Source: Tubulanus polymorphus
Taxonomy: Eukaryota; Animalia; Nemertea
Direction: 5' to 3'
Length of the DNA: 64,000 nucleotides
NCBI RefSeq assembly: GCF_964204645.1
Contig: NC_134029.1
Coordinates: forward strand, 18,656,950 to 18,720,949
Every line of letters begins with the position of its first letter. Within the stretch, counting starts at the first letter, position 1. The position numbers and the translations under genes are program-made. Shown here piece after piece: positions 36,675 through 64,000 of the stretch. The notes beneath the pieces were generated by a model. That model was not told where the DNA came from and ran no database searches. It saw only the letters and a program-made list of their open reading frames with translations.

Positions 36675-38306
36675 GCGGATAGCAGACGTATTTTTCTAAA
36701 TAACAATCTTTATCATGTGTGAAAAAATTATCTTATTGCGATATTTGATGTATGGTAATAACCATAATTGTGGCTCCGAAATTTAGATATTTTCGTATGT
36801 GGAATTTTATGTGCACAGTAACTATAAACAAGTTCCTTTACTGCTTGTTTCGGTTAGATTCTCAATGTTTTTCATTGCTCTTTCGATGCTCTTTGGGATC
36901 AATCTACTTCCTATGGTATCAATATTTAGGTCATGAATTTAGTTATCAAAAGTAACCGTAGTATGAATCACTGGTATACAATGAATGTATAGTTCTGTAA
37001 AAATGTGTTCTTTAGTCTCAGAATTACGTTCAGGCATAGTGGGAACTCCCCTCTCTGCTGTGCTAGAAAATGAATGCATTTTTCAATGTACTACCATATG
37101 ACCTTGTATGCGTATGTACTAATTGAATGAAGTTAGTATATGGAAGATGTCGACTACTGCACTGTAACTTGTGTTTTTATTGGTAATTCGATAAGACGTA
37201 TTCAATCCATTAAGAAACCAACCAGGGGCCAGTTGCATAGTCATGGCTTATATTCAAGACCAGTCTAAGACCAACTTCGTTTTATAGCCAATCTAACACG
37301 TTGAGGCCAGTCTCAAGTTTAAAGACCACTTTTGGACCAGAGTCACGACTGCAACTGGGCTTCGGGGCCTTTAGCCTTACTGGTAATGCTTAATTATTTG
37401 AGGAATATTCTCCTTGTGCCAAATTGTTCCTTTTATGATTTTAGTTGAAGATAATAGTAAGATCAATGTGAATTTAAACACAATGTGGACCTAATACTGG
37501 GTAGACTGGGAAGTCAATGATTTAATGATATTTTCTGTTATCTGCTGCTGGAAATAAATCGAAAACAAAGTTAAGTTATTGAATCGATGAATTTTTTAGT
37601 TTTATTCTCGGGATGTTTTCCCAGATTTTCATGTCGAATTGCCTGTACAGGTAAGCATCAAGGCGTTTGGACGATCCAGTCTTAGTACAGTAAACCTCAC
37701 CCAACTTGGACCAACTAGGACTGGCAAATTTTGTCCGAGGTAAGCCAATAACCGAGTTAAGACTATGAAAATATGTTAGCAAGTCACAAAAATTATTTCA
37801 TTTTTCTCAGAGATAATCAAATGTCTACGATAGCCATGTCCGAGTAAACCAAGGTTTGCTGTAGTTTAGCAGTGATTATGAATAATCATGGCTACGTAGA
37901 TTAACAACCGAAATCTTAACCTATCTCCAGATCTTCAATTTACGAAGCAATGTTGAACTCGACAGACCATGCCGCTTTATTTGAGATAAATGGGACTAGA
38001 GACGCAATCACTACAGAACGTATGGAACATATTGCTGTAAAGGGATCACTACATGTGTAGTTTGGGCTTGCTGTTTGTAGACTGGATATTTGTAGTTTTC
38101 TCTTGAAAATAATGATTTTTTTAGATTTAGATTTAAATTTATTGCTCCAGAAAATTGTACATTTTTTGCGAGCACAGGATACATACAAAATAAACAGTTT
38201 GCAGTTATACAATAACAGTTGCTAGTCATACAATAACTAGTTATATTTACAATTGAAAAGTTATTTTGAAAAGTTCGTGTATACCAGGAACAGCGATGAG
38301 GTGAGG

Positions 38307-41300
38307 CTAGATAAGGCTATGTGCCTTTTTTATAAAAACTGCAAGATTCCTTAGGACGTTTGGGTTTTCTGACGTAAAAAGGTTCATTAATTTTCTTATA
38401 TTAGGAAACGTTACTATTTGTTGCGGTATGTACCGACTTCTTAAACTTTCGAAAAAAGTACACTCCATTATAAAATGGTATTCGTCGCCGATTTGCCCTA
38501 GGTTACATTTGGTACAAAGTCGTTCATTTCGGGGGATATTTTCATATCTTCTTGTTTCAATCGGTAGATTATGATTAGAGCAACGAAACCGTATTACATT
38601 TGTCCTGAGGTCAAATGGTAGTGCTAATGAACATACTTCCCGCCCCCAATTCGGCTTAATAATTCTATAGGTATCTAGTTTTGTTGAAGCTGCGATAGTC
38701 TGGTGCCATTTCTGTTTGAATTGATCTTGTAAACATAATTTAACAGTTTCTGATAAATACCGGATATTCGGGAAAGATTGTTCGTACCAAATGTAACCTA
38801 GACCACAGTTTTCTAAGATAGACTGAATACAAGTGATCCATTTACTGGTCTTACCATTTACATGATTTTTTATTAGGATACGATACATTTTACTAGAATG
38901 AGAGTTGCTCTCTGTGATCAGATGTCCCCAAAACTTAACCATTCTGACTTTTATTTGTATTTCAAAAGGAAAACGACCTAATTCTCCATAAACCATAGCA
39001 TTTGGAGTTGCACGTTTCAATTTCAATAAGTATTTGCAGAACATTAGGTGTATTTTCTCGATTGCATCTAAGTTCGAGAAACCCCATATTTCACTACCAA
39101 AGGTAAGGATCGATCCCACCATTGCATCAAAAATTTTAAATGCAATGTCTATAGTTAGGGAGTATTGCTGTACTTTTTTAAGAACAAAAAATAGTGTTTT
39201 TTTTGCTTGGTCACAGATATCTTTTTTGCATTTAGCGAAATTTCCAGTATAATTAAAGTGTACTCCCAAATATCTAAAGTCAGATACTGTATCCAAGGCT
39301 ACCCCCTGATATAGAAAATGGGCTGTCTGTTAGATCGTCTTTTTTCGAAAACTATGGCTTTGGTTTTTTCGACATTGATTACTAACTGCCATGTTTGGCA
39401 GTAATCCACAACATGGTCAAGTATATTATGCAGTTTGGAAGCATTGTCAGATAATAATAAAGTATCGTCGGCATATAAAAGTATTAATATGTTAAACCAG
39501 AAATCATCCAGCTGGAAATCTAATCCTTGACACCCTTTCTCGTATAAGAAAGACTCGAGGTCATTGACAAATATGGAGAAAAGCACTGGTGACAGATTTT
39601 CCCCTTGACGTAACCCAATTTGACTATCTATGCTTTCTGATAATCGATCGTTTACCTTGACCTTAGATTTAATATGTTGATACATGTTATGAATCACTCG
39701 GAGGATATTTCCTGTAATTCCCGTTAAAATTAATTTATGCCACAGTGCTTTTCTCCATATTGTATCGAATGCTTTTTGGTAATCAATAAATATACAGTAA
39801 AGCTTCCGCTTATTACTAGTCAGAATATCTATAAGGGAATGCAATGTGAAAATATGGTCCATGATACTACGATTTTTTCGAAATCCAGCTTGATTTTCAT
39901 TCAGTAATTGGTTATCCATCAAAAACTCCTCTAAACGTTTATTAATCAGGCTCGTAAACAATTTGCTCATACAGCTTAATAGAGTAATTCCTCTGTAGTT
40001 ATCCGGATTGGAAGGGTCTCCCTTATTCTTAAAGATTGGAGTGATAATACCTACAGCCCACTCTTCCGGAATGCAGCCAGTTTTCAAAATATTGTTAAAC
40101 AACAAAACGAGGGTAGGCATGATTTCATTTTCTGCAGTTTTGAGGAATTCGTTTAAAATTTCGTCGTTTCCAGGGGCTTTATTATTTTTGAGGCATTTTA
40201 TACATTTAGATATTTCTCCCTCAGTGATTAGCCTATTAAGTGCATCATCATTGTGGTCATGAAGGAAGTCATTCACATTGAAAAAATTACGATTATCATT
40301 TTCTGCACTACGGTTTTGGTTAATGACGGAAAAGTGGTCAAATAAATCATCTAGCGACGCTTTACATTCATTTGGTTTTTCCTTTCGGAAATATTTCCAA
40401 AAAGCTTTTGGATCGTCTTTTGCTAACTTTCCTATTTGGTCATTGTGCAATTTAACTTTCTTTTGTTTTGATATCTTTATCGATGTTTTATACCTCTTAT
40501 ACGCCGAATTCAGATTAGTTCTATTTTGGACGGATCGATATCTTTTATAATTTCTTTTCGCTTTCCTATAAATTCTACGGTCTCGTTTCACTTTATAGTC
40601 ATGTAACAAAGTTTTTGGTTTGTCAAAGTTAACCCGGCTTCGGCCCATTGTGGCCCCTGCCGCCTTATTTAAAATGTCGCATATACGCTTATTCGCACAG
40701 GCGCTGTCTATTATATCATTTTGAAGTTCGATATTTATTTTATTCAATTCGGTTTGGTTGATTGCCTCTCTAAAAACATCGCTTCGACCACTGTTCCATT
40801 TAATTTTACCTGTTATGTTAGGCATGTTTTGTACATTTGTATATGGACTTCTCGTGTGTGAAATAGAGAAGGAACACGTAACAGCACAGTGTACGTCTGA
40901 AATCATTTGGTCATAGTCGTTTACATTGAAGTTCACGCATTTTGACAACAAATAGGGAGACATAATAAAGTAATCAATAACATGGTTATTTTCCCCTTTG
41001 ATGCACGTGTACTCACCGATTCCTTTATCCCTACCTAATCTGCCATTTGCAATGAACATGTTGTGATTTTTACAAAAGTCTAACAAACGATAACCCCAAT
41101 TATTGATAGAGGAGTCTTTGTTTTTCCTATTGAGTAGACCTTGTATTTTTAGTGCATCAAGGTTATGACGATCTTCCACAAAAACTTCGTCTAGGCCTAG
41201 GAATTCCATGAGTATTTCGTCATGGGGTAAATAGTCTAATAACTGCTTTGTGTAGGCATTGAAATCGCCACATAGACAAAAATAAGCATCGGTAGAACTC

Positions 41301-41743
41301 ATTCGGTTTATAACGTCAGTGTCGAGTTCATCGAATAAGTTAATATTTCCATATCTACTAGTTTCTGGGGGAATATATACTCCTCCAATTAACAAATGTT
41401 TTTTCCACCCTAGGAATCTCTTATCAATTTCAATCCATTGAATGATATTGGTTGATTTATGAATAGTTTTAATATATCTGTTTAGACTTTGCTTAAAAGC
41501 AACCAGGATTCCCCCAGATTTCCTTATAGCTAGATTTGATCTGTTATTCATGACTACTTCGTAACCGACACTTTTAAAATACTCTTTTACCCACAATTCA
41601 TCGGAATCATCAAGTTTGGTTTCAGAAAAAACTAAAATATCAGCTGACTTGCATAAACTATCAAACTCTAGAGTATATGATCTAGATTTCAAACCACAAA
41701 TATTCAGACACAGGATACTAATTTCTCCTGGCTCGGCGCAATC
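38307..41743 (-). CDS. LINE ORF2: AP endonuclease + reverse transcriptase + C-terminal CCHC; 1-nt frameshift at ~39302
   Basis: LNICGL, SETKL, GDFNA, IDYF, SDVH (APE); KAPGND, NYRGITLLS, DYQKAFD, GLRQG, YADD, YLG (RT); CTKC...DEYHFIMEC. One extra G in the G5 run would restore IRGVALDTV. Confidence 0.9.
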
Positions 41744-41965
41744 CTATTCTGGAGCTGTTGCTAGCGGTTGGGATAGATGTAATCCACTGTCCATATCCAA
41801 GACGAACCTGGCGTCTCGGAGCGCTTCGTTTACTGATGATTGTTCAGGTTCAGACGCTACTCTGGCTCTTTTTTCCGGAGGTCTAACGGTATCCCGTTTA
41901 CGATTTCCAGCAGGCACGGTTTTACGGGTGCGCGATTTCGTAGAGTTGGTCAGTGTGGCGTATTC

Positions 41966-43078
41966 CTAGCGGCTGGTTGTTTCGTTCGCACCAGATGTTG
42001 CATCATTATTAACAGCAACTTGAAGTGGCAGGGTAGGTGAAGCTCGAAACGTAAAACCAGAAAAAGTACTTTCATCACGGGAAGGGGTTACAACGGGCTC
42101 TGTCGCTGGGGTTCGGTTTTTTTCATCATTACTTTCATCGCGGGCAGGGGTTACATCGGGCTCTGTCGCTGGGGTTCGGTTTCTTTGAGCCGGCGCGTTG
42201 CGGTTTATCGGTTGCCTATGTGGCACGGAGCGACTTATCAATCGCCCATTACTCGCTATTTTAAGTTCTTTCTTGGCTTCTGGTATAAAATCTAGAACTC
42301 TTCGGAAGTTTATGTCATTGAGACGTTCCGCATGTGATTGGCTTGATCTCAACCAGACATCAGTGAACTTAGGATTTTTTCTAAGATTATGTTTCTTTCG
42401 CAAGACATCGATTTTAATGGCTTTTGTTTTCAACGCGACCTTTACAAGCGGATTTCTCTGACCATTTCTAATCGGCAATTGCTTGTGAGCTGTGATTGCT
42501 TGTTTATGGCCAAGATAGTCAAACATTTCTTCGCATGTTTTTTGGAGATCAGATTGGAATTCTTTCTTCAAGTCGCTCACGATAATGCAGAGTTCTGCAC
42601 AGTCTAGTGGGTCGGGGCAGTTTGCAGTGAGGCCTGAGTTCACTTGGCACTGCAGCTCTATGCAGAGGCTTTCTAATTTTTTTATATCTGCCCTTGCGGC
42701 TTTAAGGCTTGTGGTGAGGCTGTTTACTTTCCCTGATGTGAAGTTCAAGTCTGAGATCAACTTTTGATTTTCATTTTGAAGGTCGTCGTAGGATTTGCTG
42801 GTGTATTGAACCGAGTCAGCGAGCTCGTCGATAGTTTTTGATTGGTTTTGTAGTTTTTCATTAATACTACTTATGTCAGTATCATGGACACGAACTGTGG
42901 TTTTCAAAGAATCGAAACTATCGGTCATTTGTTTCTGCTCAAGTTGAATATCATTCAAGCGCTTCATGATGTCAGCGACTGAGCTTTTCATAAAAGATTC
43001 AAAATCTGATACTAAGTCTGATTCTGGTTTATCACCAGAGCATCGGTTGTTTCGTTCCATTTTGTAGTCGCACGTCAA
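41966..43078 (-). CDS. LINE ORF1 (coiled-coil, RRM-like region, low-complexity tail)
   Basis: 370-aa ORF upstream of ORF2 with a heptad-rich N-half, PLVKVAL...KIDVLRKK..LR motif, and duplicated NRTPATEPxVTPxRDES. Confidence 0.8.
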   Translation of the reverse strand: MTCDYKMERNNRCSGDKPESDLVSDFESFMKSSVADIMKRLNDIQLEQKQMTDSFDSLKTTVRVHDTDISSINEKLQNQSKTIDELADSVQYTSKSYDDLQNENQKLISDLNFTSGKVNSLTTSLKAARADIKKLESLCIELQCQVNSGLTANCPDPLDCAELCIIVSDLKKEFQSDLQKTCEEMFDYLGHKQAITAHKQLPIRNGQRNPLVKVALKTKAIKIDVLRKKHNLRKNPKFTDVWLRSSQSHAERLNDINFRRVLDFIPEAKKELKIASNGRLISRSVPHRQPINRNAPAQRNRTPATEPDVTPARDESNDEKNRTPATEPVVTPSRDESTFSGFTFRASPTLPLQVAVNNDATSGANETTSR

Positions 43079-45510
43079 GCAGCCGAATAAGTGTTACACA
43101 ACGAGTTAATACACACTACGCAGTTAGACCACAAAACTCCGGGTTGTAATCCTTCGAGCGTGACGGTTCACCGGTCGTGCACAGGTTATATATCACCAGT
43201 ACTCAAATTTATAGCAATTTGCGACAACTTTTACGATCGAAAATAATGTACATACTCAATTTCCACGACGCTAAAACACGGTTGTACAGTAGTATCCTAT
43301 GAGTTCTCGCTACTGACCGCGTTTGGTACTGTATTTCCAACCGCTGACAGACGAGAATCGGAGTTTTTAGCAGCACTAGAAATTTCAAGAACCAGCACCC
43401 GCCATATTGAATCTATAAGATTAGGTTAGTCCTCGGGGCATAATCCAGTTACTCAATCTTGATGCTTAAAGAGTTACCAATTGAAATACAGCTACGTTTT
43501 ACTCATATTGCTAACTCTCAAAATGGCCCTTGGTTAAAGAATAATCCTTAAATTTCTTCTTAAAATGTTCATTCTATAGACACCAATCACCAAAAGATAT
43601 AAACGAATGCATTGTACATAAACTGGGATTTATTTCAACAATCATATTTATATACATGAATAATTACTCAATATACAATACGCTCATTATTGAGCTATAA
43701 GGTCGGATAAATAGAAATCTATTTCACGTCAATCGAGCGCTGCACAGTTGATCAACAATCAAGAATGATCGAGCAGTTGATCACAACAATCACGAATGAT
43801 CGAGCACAGTTGATCAACAAAAAAGAATGACTAGAGAAATTTCAAGCTCGAATGAGTTAAATATACATTGTATATTCCTTCCATAACCATTTGTAGAGGT
43901 GTCAAACTTGGCACATTTTTATGGAAATCGTCATTAAGATCTCAAAACTGTGTACATTGTTTGGCCCTATCTGGGGATGCAGAATACATTTGAACTACAT
44001 AGCCTCCAAATTTTGACATTTCCCCGAAAAAGTAATCTAAAACACGGCATTATCTATTATGCTGTAATATAATCATCAGATCATCGGGAAATTTTCTAAA
44101 ATGGCCTTTGAAAAGAAATGATGCATAATGCTTTCTACGAAAGACTACGTATGATATTTCATAGATTTTCATAAATTTTGTCCGAGGTAAGCCAATAACC
44201 GAGTTAAGACTATGAAAATATGTTAGCAAGTCACAAAAATTATTTCATTTTTCTCAGAGATAATCAAATGTCTACGATAGCCATGTCCGAGTAAACCAAG
44301 GTTTGCTGTAGTTTAGCAGTGATTATGAATAATCATGGCTACGTAGATTAACAACCGAAATCTTAACCTATCTCCAGATCTTCAATTTACGAAGCAATGT
44401 TGAACTCGACAGACCATGCCGCTTTATTTGAGATAAATGGGACTAGAGACGCAATCACTACAGAACGTATGGAACATATTGCTGTAAAGGGATCACTACA
44501 TGTGTAGTTTGGGCTTGCTGTTTGTAGACTGGATATTTGTAGTTTTCTCTTGAAAATAATGGTTAGTCCTCGGGGCATAATCCAGTTACTCAATCTTGAT
44601 GCTTAAAGAGTTACCAATTGAAATACAGCTACGTTTTACTCATATTGCTAACTCTCAAAATGGCCCTTGGTTAAAGAATAATCCTTAAATTTCTTCTAAA
44701 AATGTTCATTCTATAGACACCAATCACCAAAAGATATAAACGAATGCATTGTACATAAACTGGGATTTATTTCAACAATCATATTTATATACATGAATAA
44801 TTACTCAATATACAATACGCTCATTATTGAGCTATAAGGTCGGATAAATAGAAATCTATTTCACGTCAATCGAGCGCTGCACAGTTGATCAACAATCAAG
44901 AATGATCGAGCAGTTGATCACAACAATCACGAATGATCGAGCACAGTTGATCAACAAAAAAGAATGACTAGAGAAATTTCAAGCTCGAATGAGTTAAATA
45001 TACATTGTATATTCCTTCCTTAACCATTTGTAGAGGTGTCAAACTTGGCACATTTTTATGGAAATCGTCATTAAGATCTCAAAACTGTGTACATTGTTTG
45101 GCCCTATCTGGGGATGCAGAATACATTTGAACTACATAGCCTCCTAATTTTGACATTTCCCCGAAAAAGTAATCTAAAACACGGCATTATCTATTATGCT
45201 GTAATATAATCATCAGATCATCGGGAAATTTTCTAAAATGGCCTTTGAAAAGAAATGATGCATAATGCTTTCTACGAAAGACTACGTATGATATTTCATA
45301 GAACACTTCGCTATCGTAAATAATGCTGTCATGGCATGAGAACATATCAGTCGATAAGAACTCAACGATTTTAGCCACATTAGTCGATACGCACAATTCG
45401 TGTTCAACAGTTTTTATCAGCACAAATGTTCTTGTTGTAAGCACCATTATCATTAGAATATCCTGAGCAGAGTTGAGTTGTTGATTATTTAGCGAGCGCT
45501 TTTTCGTCGT

Positions 45511-63753
<18,243 letters not shown>

Positions 63754-63866
63754 CTGAAGAATAGGTAAGACGCTTATCAAATAATTCATATGACACTGAG
63801 TGCAGTATTACCCAACCAACACCAAGTTACACCGAGCAGCTAATAAGCGCTGAGGAGTCATCTATC

Positions 63867-64000
63867 AGGCCAGGTACCCATTTACTCTTGAGTGGAGAAA
63901 GGCAATGATGATAAGTGTCTTGCCCGAGGACAGTACGGTAATGTACAGGATTCAAACCCACACAACCTGGTTTCCCACCCAGAGCCGAACACTCTAACCA
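63867..64000 (-). mobile_element. tRNA-derived CORE-like SINE
   Basis: CCAGGTACCCATTT...AAGTGTCTTGCCCGAGGACA...GGATTCAAACCC; homologous to 57970-58075. Confidence 0.6.

Larger units (their letters stand above)
38115..43423 (-). mobile_element. Full-length non-LTR retrotransposon (LINE, probably RTE-X/CR1-group)
   Basis: ORF1 plus APE-RT ORF2; 3' end AATAAA followed by (ATCTAA)n and an A-run at 38115-38145; boundaries defined by the empty-site copy at 44561. Confidence 0.92.
37726..45302. repeat. 1130-bp tandem duplication; first copy interrupted by the LINE
   Basis: 37726-38114 = 44173-44561 and 43424-44165 = 44561-45302, with only a few SNPs; 7-nt filler TTTTCAT at 44166-44172. Confidence 0.9.

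Overview
Eukaryotic, intron-rich, AT-rich animal DNA; the gene and repeat content suggests a marine invertebrate, but the taxon cannot be fixed from sequence alone. Left to right: the 3' half of a Nav2-type voltage-gated channel (+); three secreted tandem-knottin (C-C-CC-C-C) genes with 3, 4 and 5 domains; a frameshifted TMEM26; a six-exon gene that the ORF track shows only in fragments, encoding a secreted 'headless, anchorless' integrin-beta derivative (signal peptide + I-EGF4 + beta-tail); torsin (+); a near-intact two-ORF LINE inside one copy of a 1.13-kb tandem duplication; and most of Vps34/PIK3C3 (-). The most unusual object is a 2.36-kb element at 27008-29368. It has a 6-bp TSD, AGT...ACT termini and ~794-bp terminal inverted repeats that each end in a ~412-nt fold-back hairpin. 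It carries a gene with motifs of pT181-type (Rep_trans) rolling-circle initiators, making it a candidate undescribed hairpin-ended eukaryotic mobile element or virus. Exon boundaries and family assignments were read by eye; no database searches were run.
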